This document shows positions 9,626-18,402 of a stretch of 46,231 bases of DNA, in pieces. Each line of letters opens with the position of its first letter. Within the stretch, counting starts at the first letter, position 1. The position numbers and the translations under genes are program-made. The notes under the pieces were generated by a model. That model saw only the letters and a list, made by a program, of their open reading frames with translations, was not told where the DNA came from and did no database searches. Source of the stretch: a virus; IMG/VR virus record IMGVR_UViG_3300042090_001045, one strand, 5' to 3'.

Positions 9626-9898
9626 ATGGGCCGTCACGACTACTACAAAAAGGGTCAGTGGAAAGTCGTGTGCGACGTGTGCGGCTTCTTCTACCATTCC
9701 GGCGATATGAAACAGCGTTGGGACGGGCTGATGGTGTGCACCAAGGACTGGAACCCGCGCCAACCGCAGGATTTTGTGCGCGGCATTCCCGATCCGCAAG
9801 CGGTGCCGTGGAGCCGACCGGACTCGCAACCGCAGTTCGTACCCAACAATGCGCCGCCTGCCGAGCCTATTGGGCCGCTTAACCCGGAGTATGATTAA
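9626..9898 (+). CDS. Hypothetical protein with a Cys-x2-Cys ... Cys zinc-ribbon-like motif
   Basis: 90-aa ORF containing VCDVCGFFYHSGDMKQRWDGLMVC. Confidence 0.5.
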   Translation: MGRHDYYKKGQWKVVCDVCGFFYHSGDMKQRWDGLMVCTKDWNPRQPQDFVRGIPDPQAVPWSRPDSQPQFVPNNAPPAEPIGPLNPEYD

Positions 9899-10644
9899 TG
9901 GCCTACCAGTACACGAATAACGCGACGACTACGGTAGGCTCGACGATCTCCCCTACTGATACGCAGATTACACTTGCGGTGGGCGGCGCAGCGCTTTTCC
10001 CGATTCTGTCGTCTACCAGTGATAGCTTTTGGATCGACGTTACCAAAGCCGCTGATCCCATTGGCGACACTCTTGGCCGCGAGATTATGCGTGTCACGGC
10101 CACGGTCGGTAACGTCTATACGGTCGTCCGGGCGCAACAGGGGACTACGGCGGGCAGTTGGTCGACTGGTGATATCATTACGTTACGTGTAACGGCGCTT
10201 CAATACGCTGATTTCTTGTCGAAAACCTTCGGCGGTATTGTGCAAGCGCCGCTGACAGTGAACTCTAGCGTAACCGCGTTGCAGTTTAATGTGTTTTCCG
10301 ATGCGCGCATGAAGAGTGGTATCACCTCGGTAGAGGACGCACTGGGCAAACTCATGGCTGTGCGTCCGGTTCACTACTTTATGGGGCCGTCACAACGCCA
10401 TTCGTCCGGCTTTTTGGCGCAAGAAGTGCAACAAGTGCTGCCTGAAGCGGTTTCGCAAGACGAAAACGGCCATTTGAGCGTTGACTATGCGCAGTTTATC
10501 CCGATTTTAACGGCAGCAATGCAGGAATTACGCGCCGAAATGGAGAAAAACCGTGTCAAACACCGGTTCCATCCCGAAAACCTTATCCGGAGCGCGAAAA
10601 ATGCCTTTGAAAAGTGGAAAAAGCCGAAAGGTGGTATCCGATAA
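9898..10644 (+). CDS. Tail fibre/spike protein with C-terminal peptidase-S74-type intramolecular chaperone domain
   Basis: C-terminal [28 protein letters not shown]...[15 protein letters not shown]...[17 protein letters not shown] matches the endosialidase-chaperone (S74) pattern SD.R.K..I......L..L....Y......G..AQE...... Confidence 0.8.
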   Translation: MAYQYTNNATTTVGSTISPTDTQITLAVGGAALFPILSSTSDSFWIDVTKAADPIGDTLGREIMRVTATVGNVYTVVRAQQGTTAGSWSTGDIITLRVTALQYADFLSKTFGGIVQAPLTVNSSVTALQFNVFSDARMKSGITSVEDALGKLMAVRPVHYFMGPSQRHSSGFLAQEVQQVLPEAVSQDENGHLSVDYAQFIPILTAAMQELRAEMEKNRVKHRFHPENLIRSAKNAFEKWKKPKGGIR

Positions 10645-10744
10645 CATCCGCAAGGAAGTAAAAGCGGGCAAGCCGCAAAAACAAGCCGTAGCAATCGCCC
10701 TCTCGAAAGCCGGGAAGTCGAATAAACAGAAAAAGAGGAAGTAA
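10601..10744 (+). CDS. Small lysine-rich basic protein
   Basis: ORF 10553-10744 trimmed to ATG 10601 ([12 protein letters not shown]...[26 protein letters not shown]). Overlaps the fibre gene's 3' end. Start is uncertain. Confidence 0.4.
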   Translation: MPLKSGKSRKVVSDNIRKEVKAGKPQKQAVAIALSKAGKSNKQKKRK

Positions 10745-11484
10745 TGGCAACGTCAGGTTCGTACACCTTCTCTCTGACACGGGACGCCCTGATTCAGCAG
10801 ACGTTTTCGCTGATGGGAACTTACGACGACGATAGCCCCCCGCCGCAAACAGCGATCAATACCGCCTCGGTGCAACTTAATCTGCTGATGAAGCAGATGA
10901 TGACGAAGAATTACAACTTGTGGTGCCTGACGGATGTCACGATCCCGCTTACTACGGGCAAAATTCAGTATCTGTTAGGCCCCGGTACACCGACAGATTT
11001 TGCGACATATAAACCGTTGCGCATTCAAATGGCGCGGCTTCAATACACCGATACCGGCCCTTATCCGTTGGAAGTCCCGCTAATCGAGCTATCCCGTCAA
11101 GAGTACAACATGTTGGGGCAAAAGACAGCCCCCGGAACGGTCAATAGCTGGTTCTACGATCCCCAGCGGTTGCAAGGCATTCTCAGCCTATATCTGTCAC
11201 CGGATGTTGTGCCGAATACGATTATTCTGACCGTACAGCGCCCGATTCAAGATGTGCTGACGGGGAGCGATGATTTTGACCTACCGATTGAATGGTTGAA
11301 TGCGCTTTCGTACAATCTCGCCGCCGCATTGTGCCTACACTTCGATGTGCCTGCCAATAAGACGAGTGTTATTATCCAATTGGCGCAGAAATATTTAGAC
11401 GAAATGCTCGATTTCGATCAGGAAACGGCGAGTACGTTCTTTTCCCCCAACATGCGCTTGATGGACAATAAAGGGGCGTACTAA
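10744..11484 (+). CDS. Tail tubular protein A-like (adaptor/gatekeeper)
   Basis: 246 aa. The N-terminal pattern (RDALIQQTFSLMG...A.N.ASVQLNLLMKQMMTKNYNLW) resembles T7 gp11 (VNDILASIG...[21 protein letters not shown]). Immediately precedes the nozzle-like gene. Confidence 0.6.
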   Translation: MATSGSYTFSLTRDALIQQTFSLMGTYDDDSPPPQTAINTASVQLNLLMKQMMTKNYNLWCLTDVTIPLTTGKIQYLLGPGTPTDFATYKPLRIQMARLQYTDTGPYPLEVPLIELSRQEYNMLGQKTAPGTVNSWFYDPQRLQGILSLYLSPDVVPNTIILTVQRPIQDVLTGSDDFDLPIEWLNALSYNLAAALCLHFDVPANKTSVIIQLAQKYLDEMLDFDQETASTFFSPNMRLMDNKGAY

Positions 11485-13409
11485 TGCCGTCAACTGACGC
11501 CATCCAGCGCATCCCGCTCGCCGGTACGATTACTTCCCGAGACGCATCGCTTAAAAAAGATGCGCTTCTGTTCAACTGCTACGCCGAACAAGGCGACGGC
11601 GGGAACTTGCGGGCTGTCCGGCGTTTCGGTATTGCCAAATACCAGACCTATACCGCCGGGCAAGGACTTGGGCTATTCAACTACAAAGAGCAACCGCTCT
11701 CGGTTATCGGCTCGACGGTTCGCTTAGGTGCTTCGGTGCTGTCTACTACGGTCGACACGGGAAGTGTGTACCAATACACACCGGGCACAAGCGAAAACGG
11801 GTTCTTGCTCAAAGATAATCTCTTTGGCTATACCTACGACGGCACGACATTCGCCAGTATTCCGCCTGCATCGGATGGCGTGAAAGTCCAATCAATCACT
11901 ATCACGAACGGCGGTTCCGGCTATTCAGCGCCGCCAACAGTGACAATCGCCAACGACGGAGGCGGAACGGGAGCTACCGCCGTTGCCGTAGTTCAGGGCG
12001 GTGTAGTTACGTCGGTGACGATTACGAACGGCGGCAACGGTTACACCAGCGCGCCGACGGTATCCTTCACCAACGCCGCCGGGGATACGACCGGCGCAGG
12101 TGCAGCGGGTTACGCCAATATCGGTGCAAATGCGTATCCCGACCAGACAGTGCCGGGCGTGGCTTTCATGGACGGCTATGCGTTCGTCATGGACGCGACC
12201 GGCAAGATTTGGAATAGCGCGCTAAATAACCTGAAACTGTGGGATCCGCTGTCCTATATTTCGTTGCAAATTCCGGACGTGGGCGTGGCTATTACACGCC
12301 ATTTGAACTACGTAATCGGCTTCGGCTCGTACACGACTAGTTTTTTCGGCCTGAACGGCGCTTTCACGCCGCCTGGTTCGCCGCTGATTATCAATGAATC
12401 GATCACCGCGAAAATCGGCTGTGCTTGCGCCACCAGCGTAGTCACCGCCGAGAATACGGTATTTTGGGTTGGGCAACATCCGAATCGCGGTCGCAGTGTG
12501 TACGCCTTCGACGGGCTTGTCCCGGTGCCGATCTCCGACCCTTACATTGACCGTATCTTGGCCCGCGACCCGCTTACGCAAGTCGCGGCATTCTACATTG
12601 AGATTGCCGGGCACAAACTTTACTACCTGACGCTGCCGACGAGTAACGTCACGCTGGTGTTTGATCTGACCACTAAAATGTGGCACGTATGGTCGGCTCT
12701 TGCCGCTAATGCTACGCAACTTAGCGGCACGATTATCGAAACGGATGGCTACACATTCACGGTTGTGTCCCCTGAACACGGCCTGACGAACGGCGATATC
12801 ATTACCGTGACGGGAACCGGAACTAACCCGTATTCTGAGAATGTTATCGTGTCGGTCATCGACCGTAACACGTTGACGTTCACCACCGAAAAAATCCCGT
12901 CCATGGGGGTGAATGCCGCCGTAGTGAATGAGTTTTCGGTGAACAGCGGGGCGCTTAACTATTTGCTCGATCCGTCTGTTACAATTACTACCTACAAACA
13001 AGTGTACTATCCTGTTAATTACTACGCCTTCATCAACAACACTGACTTGTTGCTGGGGCAGAGTAATGGCATAATTTACCAAATTAGTCCGGATTTCTGG
13101 ACGGATGACGGGACGCCTATCTACATGGGCATCCGCACTTCCGCCAAGGATTTCGGTTCCAACAAACGCAAGTTCTACCAGAAAGCGGAAGTTATCGGTG
13201 ACAAGGTGCAGGCATACGCCTACATCGGTTACAGCGATAACGATTTCCAATCCTTCGGGGCTTTTCGGGGCGTGAACCTTGCGGCATACCGCTCCCAACT
13301 CCGAAAATGCGCAGCCGCCCGCCGAAGGGCGTGGCAGATCCTGTACATTGACCAGCCTCCTATGCGGTTCTACGAACTGGAATTGGAGGTTCAGGAAGGG
13401 ATGCAATGA
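11484..13409 (+). CDS. Tail tubular protein B-like (nozzle) with inserted NGG(S/N)GY(S/T)(S/A)PPTV repeats
   Basis: 641 aa, ATGA-type tight coupling. Duplicated ITITNGGSGYSAPPTVTI / VTITNGGNGYTSAPTVSF motif. Call rests on position after the gp11-like gene and on size. Confidence 0.6.
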   Translation: MPSTDAIQRIPLAGTITSRDASLKKDALLFNCYAEQGDGGNLRAVRRFGIAKYQTYTAGQGLGLFNYKEQPLSVIGSTVRLGASVLSTTVDTGSVYQYTPGTSENGFLLKDNLFGYTYDGTTFASIPPASDGVKVQSITITNGGSGYSAPPTVTIANDGGGTGATAVAVVQGGVVTSVTITNGGNGYTSAPTVSFTNAAGDTTGAGAAGYANIGANAYPDQTVPGVAFMDGYAFVMDATGKIWNSALNNLKLWDPLSYISLQIPDVGVAITRHLNYVIGFGSYTTSFFGLNGAFTPPGSPLIINESITAKIGCACATSVVTAENTVFWVGQHPNRGRSVYAFDGLVPVPISDPYIDRILARDPLTQVAAFYIEIAGHKLYYLTLPTSNVTLVFDLTTKMWHVWSALAANATQLSGTIIETDGYTFTVVSPEHGLTNGDIITVTGTGTNPYSENVIVSVIDRNTLTFTTEKIPSMGVNAAVVNEFSVNSGALNYLLDPSVTITTYKQVYYPVNYYAFINNTDLLLGQSNGIIYQISPDFWTDDGTPIYMGIRTSAKDFGSNKRKFYQKAEVIGDKVQAYAYIGYSDNDFQSFGAFRGVNLAAYRSQLRKCAAARRRAWQILYIDQPPMRFYELELEVQEGMQ

Positions 13410-13756
13410 CGCAAATCGACACCAAAGTACTGGTACCGGACGATATCGAATTTCACAGCGCTGACGGCGTTTTCGTCAAGCAGATGTATTTGAAGGAAGC
13501 CGATATCCTTGTGGGGCAACATTCGCATACGTACGAGCATTTGTCGATGCTCGCGCGGGGTTCTGTTCGGGTCATTCAGAACGGGAAATTCATTGGGGAT
13601 TTTCATGCCCCCGCCGCTATCAATATCCCCGCGCATACGAAGCACATGTTTCTGAGCCTAGAACCAGAAACTATCGTGTATTGCATTCACAACGTAAGTC
13701 GTGACGGCGAAGTCAGTATTGCCGATCGTCACGACGTTTTTGATTTCGGAGTCTGA
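13406..13756 (+). CDS. Cupin-fold small protein
   Basis: 116 aa, ATGA-coupled to the nozzle gene. GQHSHTYEH...ARG and IPAHTKHMF resemble the two cupin His motifs. Confidence 0.6.
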   Translation: MTQIDTKVLVPDDIEFHSADGVFVKQMYLKEADILVGQHSHTYEHLSMLARGSVRVIQNGKFIGDFHAPAAINIPAHTKHMFLSLEPETIVYCIHNVSRDGEVSIADRHDVFDFGV

Positions 13757-13757
13757 T

Positions 13758-14540
13758 ATGCCTTGGGGAGCATTAGTTGGTGGGGGCATGAGCCTGCTGG
13801 GCGGATTGTTTGGCGGCGCTGGGGCATCCATGTCAGCCGACGACATGGTGAACATGTACAAGGAGTTGAACCCGTTCTTCGGCTACGAAGCGGGTTTTTC
13901 TCAACGCCTCAACGATCTGGTTAGCAATTCCAGCTACGCCAACACCTACACCGCGCTTGCGGGCACAGGACAGCAGTACGCCAATCTCCTTTCGAATCCC
14001 GACTCGATCTACAGTTCAAAAGTTTTCAATTCGATGATGGGGCAGGGCACTAACGCTGTGAATAGTGCAATGGCGGCGCAAGGTTTGAATGGCTCCGGCA
14101 ACCAGCTTGCAGCGTTGCAGAACTATGGGCAGTCGCTCGCCGGGAACTATTTCAATTCTTTAGCAAATACTTACAGCCAAGGGTACCAGAACGAATTGGC
14201 TGCGGGGAATACCTATTTCAATCAATTGGCTACCCTTTCTGGTGTGAACAATCAAGCCAGCGCGGCGGGCACCCTCAATAACATGCAAAATGCTCAGCAA
14301 CAAGGGATAAATTCCATGAGCCAAGGCATTACCGGTGCGCTATCTAGTTTATTTGGTGGCCTGGGTAGCAGCTATAACACCAATTCTCTTATGGGCAGTA
14401 TGGGAAATTCCATGATAGATAATTGGGGTAATTATGGGATGGCGTCCGGCGGCGGAAGCATGACTAGCATGTTCGGTCCGGGCGGCTATACCGGTAATTT
14501 TGGCGGCGGCTCTTTTGGTAGCGGCTTGTTCTCTCTGTAA
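13758..14540 (+). CDS. Internal virion protein (Gly/Asn/Gln/Ser-rich, hydrophobic N-terminus)
   Basis: ORF trimmed to ATG 13758 (MPWGALVGGGMSLLGGLFGG...). Position is equivalent to T7 gp14. Confidence 0.6.
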   Translation: MPWGALVGGGMSLLGGLFGGAGASMSADDMVNMYKELNPFFGYEAGFSQRLNDLVSNSSYANTYTALAGTGQQYANLLSNPDSIYSSKVFNSMMGQGTNAVNSAMAAQGLNGSGNQLAALQNYGQSLAGNYFNSLANTYSQGYQNELAAGNTYFNQLATLSGVNNQASAAGTLNNMQNAQQQGINSMSQGITGALSSLFGGLGSSYNTNSLMGSMGNSMIDNWGNYGMASGGGSMTSMFGPGGYTGNFGGGSFGSGLFSL

Positions 14541-14549
14541 GGAATTGAC

Positions 14550-16553
14550 ATGGCAAGCGGACTTGATTTTGGAGCCATGCTGACTTCGGCACTGGGGGAC
14601 GCACTTGTCAATTTCCCTCAGCGAAAAGCCGATATGGATTTCCAGCGCCAATATCGGCAGCAGGAGATTGAATCGCGCGATCTGAAGAATCAACAGCAGC
14701 AAATGCAGATGGAGTACATGCAGCGGCAAATGGCGGATCAGGACTTGATCCGCCAAGCCGCGCGTAGCGGCATGCAACCGTCTGACGACATGAGCCTCGG
14801 CAATGCGATGGGCGATCTCGGCGGCTCGGGCGGCGCGCAACCGCAATCGGCTGCGCCCGCATCGGCTAGCGCCGCCGCGCCTTCGGGTAGCGTCAAAGGC
14901 CCGTTGTCGATGGATCAACTTGCGCAACTGGATCAGCAGAACGGTCTGCCGGTGGGTACGTCCTACGGCATTATGATGGCCGAATCTGGGGGTAAGGTCG
15001 ATGCGGTATCCCCCAAGGGGGCGCAAGGGCCTTTTCAGGTCATGCCCGCAACGGCCCAAGACCCCGGTTACGGGTTGAAGTCGTTCAACCCGAAAGACCC
15101 GAATGGTGCGATGAGCTACTTCGGGGCGATGTACAAGAAAGCCGGGGGCGACATCAGCAAGGCGCTGGGCTTCTGGAACGCAGGCCCGGCGGGGAACCCG
15201 AACAACCCCGAGACGCAAGGGTTTATCCCCAAGGTGCAGAAGGGCATTCAAGAGTTCCAGCAAATGTACGGCTTGCGCAACCAAGCCGCGCAAGGAACCC
15301 CCGCGGGGGTCATCGATGCCGCTCAAGCCACGGGGGTGAACCCCGGCATGACGGTCTACGATCAAGCCGCCCGCGCCCAGCAAGGGCAAATCAAACAGGC
15401 GTTGGCGACGGCTCAAAATCTCACCAAAGCGGGTCGGCCCGACTTGGCCGCTCAGTATTATGACAGGGCCGCTGAACTGCAACAAGGGCAAGTAAAGTTG
15501 CAGAAGCAACAGCTTGACGCGCAAAAAGAAGCCAACACGGAAACGGCTAAGTTGGCGACCGGCGTCACCGATCAGGCGAGCTATGACAATTTTCTAGGGC
15601 AACTCCGCTCTAATCCTGCTATGGGGGCCGCTACTCGCGGTCTCAATCTCACTGGCGATTACGCACAAGATCGCAATAAAATTGAATCGCTGGCGCAGCG
15701 CACGATGACGCTCAAAGATCAGGCGGATATCCGCCTGAAACAAGCGACTCTGGCGCTCAAACAGCAAGAAGAGCAGCGCAAACAGGATAAAGAAGACCGC
15801 ATCGCAATGGCCCCCGCAAAAGCGGCTGCGGATACGGCTGCGCGGATGGAAGTCAACCGAAAGGCTGGTATCCCGACCGCGCAAACGTCTTCGGAACTGT
15901 ATGGCGATCCGAAGATGGCTCAAGCGGCGCAGGCCAAGATCAATACGGCTAACGCGGCGCAGCTTCGCAGCGATACAGCGGTGCGCGGTACGATTTCAAA
16001 AGCGGGTGAAACTCTTACCCGCATGCAAGAACTGATCGATAAAGGCGCGGTTACAGGATCTTTTGCGGCTTCGTTAGGTGAACCGGGGCAAGGCGGCTCA
16101 GGGCAGTCAACGGGCGGGATGCTTCAAAAATTTGCGTACACAACTATGCTGGACGCAAAGCAGCAAGAATTTGCTAAGTTGAGTAATGATCTGGTATTGG
16201 GGCTTCAGGACTTGAAGTCAGCCCAACAAGGCAGCGGTCGTTCGGCGCAAACGGCGGCGATGGCGCGTATTATTCAATCTACTAAACCGTCATTATCCAT
16301 GAGTAAAGACGCTAATGAGCGTATCATCGGCTCTCTTAAAGCCGAGGTAACAGACCAATTAAATTTGTTGGCCTTTACCGATGAATATGCTCGGGCAAAT
16401 CCCACCGCAGACCGCAACTTGGCTAGATCAGAGTGGGCGGCATACCGGCAAGCGGTGCCGCTTTATCGCAATGGTGAGCCAAATCCGCAAGCTATCCCCG
16501 GCAAACCCGAATACATAGATTATCACGATTGGTTCCGGGAGCATCGTTACTAA
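14550..16553 (+). CDS. Internal virion protein with soluble lytic transglycosylase domain
   Basis: 667 aa. SLT motif GIMMAESGGKVDAVSPKGAQGPFQVMPATA. Long coiled-coil remainder. Confidence 0.8.
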   Translation: MASGLDFGAMLTSALGDALVNFPQRKADMDFQRQYRQQEIESRDLKNQQQQMQMEYMQRQMADQDLIRQAARSGMQPSDDMSLGNAMGDLGGSGGAQPQSAAPASASAAAPSGSVKGPLSMDQLAQLDQQNGLPVGTSYGIMMAESGGKVDAVSPKGAQGPFQVMPATAQDPGYGLKSFNPKDPNGAMSYFGAMYKKAGGDISKALGFWNAGPAGNPNNPETQGFIPKVQKGIQEFQQMYGLRNQAAQGTPAGVIDAAQATGVNPGMTVYDQAARAQQGQIKQALATAQNLTKAGRPDLAAQYYDRAAELQQGQVKLQKQQLDAQKEANTETAKLATGVTDQASYDNFLGQLRSNPAMGAATRGLNLTGDYAQDRNKIESLAQRTMTLKDQADIRLKQATLALKQQEEQRKQDKEDRIAMAPAKAAADTAARMEVNRKAGIPTAQTSSELYGDPKMAQAAQAKINTANAAQLRSDTAVRGTISKAGETLTRMQELIDKGAVTGSFAASLGEPGQGGSGQSTGGMLQKFAYTTMLDAKQQEFAKLSNDLVLGLQDLKSAQQGSGRSAQTAAMARIIQSTKPSLSMSKDANERIIGSLKAEVTDQLNLLAFTDEYARANPTADRNLARSEWAAYRQAVPLYRNGEPNPQAIPGKPEYIDYHDWFREHRY

Positions 16554-16554
16554 T

Positions 16555-18402
16555 ATGGCCGAATATCAAAATCCGTTTGAAGGCTATAAGACCGAGCCCG
16601 AGAAAACACCGGAAGCCGCAAAAAGCGATTCCGGCGTGCTTGACATGGCGATGAAGTTGACGCCACAAGGGATGTTGCCGACCAAAGAAGAAGCCGCCAA
16701 AGTTTTACAGTCCGCTACCTTTGGCTTCGGCGCAGATGTTGCGGGTGCGATCGTTCCCGGCGCGGATAAAAAGATTCGCGGCCTAGCCGACATGTACGAT
16801 CAAAAACACCCTCTTGCCGGTCTTGGATTAGATCTGGCGGTGGGGGCCGCGCAAGGGTTCGCGTTGCCCGGAGCAGGGACGGCGGGCGCAGTTGGCAAAG
16901 TTCTTAGCAATCCGCTTGTGCGCAGCGCCGCTACCGGTGCAGCATACGGTGGTTTGTCGGGGCTTGGCTCCGGCGGCTCAATGGAACAGCGCATGAGCGC
17001 CGCCCAACGGGGGGCGACTACCGGCGCGGTTCTCGGCCCGCTGGTTCACGGCGTGGCGAGCGCTGCCGGGCCTGTCCTGTCCCGTGCCGCGCAAGCAATG
17101 GGGTTGACCTCAGCCGAAGAAAAAGCTAAACAACGGATCGCCCAAGCGCTTCAGAAAGAAGGCAATTTGCCCCCCGCTAACGCAGCCCCCGATGCTCGCG
17201 TCGCGGACGTATCGCCGGGCGTTACGGAACTCACCAAGCGCGCCACCCGAGTTTCGGGCGATGTACGCCGCCAAGCGCAAGAAGCGGCGCAAAAAGATGT
17301 GGAAGGAGCGCAAGGGCGCATTCAGGGAGAAAAGGCGGCGGCGGAAGCCCAACCGCCGTTTGCGCAGCAGAAACAAAAGTTGGAAAGCGACATGGCGAAG
17401 TTGGAGGCCGACAAGAACGCGGCCTACGACAAGCTCAAAATGCAAGTCATGCCGATGTCGCCTGAACTGCAAAAGATCATGGAATTGCCGTCCGTAAAAG
17501 AAGCCGCAAAAACGGCATCGGCGCAATGGAACGAAGCGGTGCAAGCGGGTTTGTTGCCCAAACCGCAATGGACACCGGGCAAAGATCTGCCCATGTCTGG
17601 CATGGATAAGCTGCAACGTGAACTTGCACGCATGCGGGAAGACGCTTTCAAAAATAAAAACAACGATCTCGGCAAACAACTCTCGGACATCCACGAGCAG
17701 TTGATCGGTCAAATGAAAAAAGGTGGTTACAGCTTCAAGTCTGCTTATGATTTGTCCGCAGAAGTAGGAGCCATCAACCGCGCAAAAAACGATGCTTATG
17801 ACTGGGGCACACAGTTCTCTAAAGGGCTGGCGATGGCTGATCGGGCCAAATTCAACGCCATGTCGCCGTTGGAACAGCAGCACGCGCGCTTGGGCTTTGT
17901 CAACGGCATGGAAGAGTTCCTTACGAACCCCCGCCCGCTGACAAAAGCGCAGCTAGACACAGCGGCAAAGGCGTTGGAAAGCCCGGAGATCCGCGCGGTA
18001 GCCGGTAACGACTACGCCCGGGCAATGGCTCGGCGTTTCCGCGCCGAAGCCCAGCGGCAGAAAACGTCGTCGGAATTCGCTAGCCCGGTCATTCAACGCG
18101 AGGAAGCCGAAGCAGGCCGCGAGGCGACTATGGGCGCCTACGCCGTTAATAAAGCGACCGGCGGCATTGCTGGTACGATGCTGGGCCTCGCTTCTAAAAT
18201 GGGCATGAGCGAAAAAGAAGCCAAAGCGATTGTAAGCATCGCTACGCAACCGGGCGGTGCGCAAAAGCTATCCCAAATGGGAGTCGACAAAAAACTTGTT
18301 GACAAAGCTAAGGCTTTGGCACGCGCCCAGCAGTTTGCGGAATCGGCGTTTAGCAATAGAATAATGGGTGTGACTAAAACCCCTTCTAACGCTAAAGAAT
18401 GA
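16555..18402 (+). CDS. Internal virion protein (large, Ala/Lys/Gln-rich)
   Basis: 615 aa, contiguous with the SLT protein gene. Confidence 0.6.
   Translation: MAEYQNPFEGYKTEPEKTPEAAKSDSGVLDMAMKLTPQGMLPTKEEAAKVLQSATFGFGADVAGAIVPGADKKIRGLADMYDQKHPLAGLGLDLAVGAAQGFALPGAGTAGAVGKVLSNPLVRSAATGAAYGGLSGLGSGGSMEQRMSAAQRGATTGAVLGPLVHGVASAAGPVLSRAAQAMGLTSAEEKAKQRIAQALQKEGNLPPANAAPDARVADVSPGVTELTKRATRVSGDVRRQAQEAAQKDVEGAQGRIQGEKAAAEAQPPFAQQKQKLESDMAKLEADKNAAYDKLKMQVMPMSPELQKIMELPSVKEAAKTASAQWNEAVQAGLLPKPQWTPGKDLPMSGMDKLQRELARMREDAFKNKNNDLGKQLSDIHEQLIGQMKKGGYSFKSAYDLSAEVGAINRAKNDAYDWGTQFSKGLAMADRAKFNAMSPLEQQHARLGFVNGMEEFLTNPRPLTKAQLDTAAKALESPEIRAVAGNDYARAMARRFRAEAQRQKTSSEFASPVIQREEAEAGREATMGAYAVNKATGGIAGTMLGLASKMGMSEKEAKAIVSIATQPGGAQKLSQMGVDKKLVDKAKALARAQQFAESAFSNRIMGVTKTPSNAKE

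Noticed and set aside
12222-13406. Long antisense ORFs inside structural genes (12222-13406, 14349-15524, 21858-22784, 5939-6832, 6890-7486, 17110-17883, 20367-21122)
   Set aside because: These are typical stop-poor antisense frames of GC-rich coding DNA. They have Arg/Pro/Gly-biased composition and no RBS, and they fully overlap genes with recognisable motifs on the other strand.
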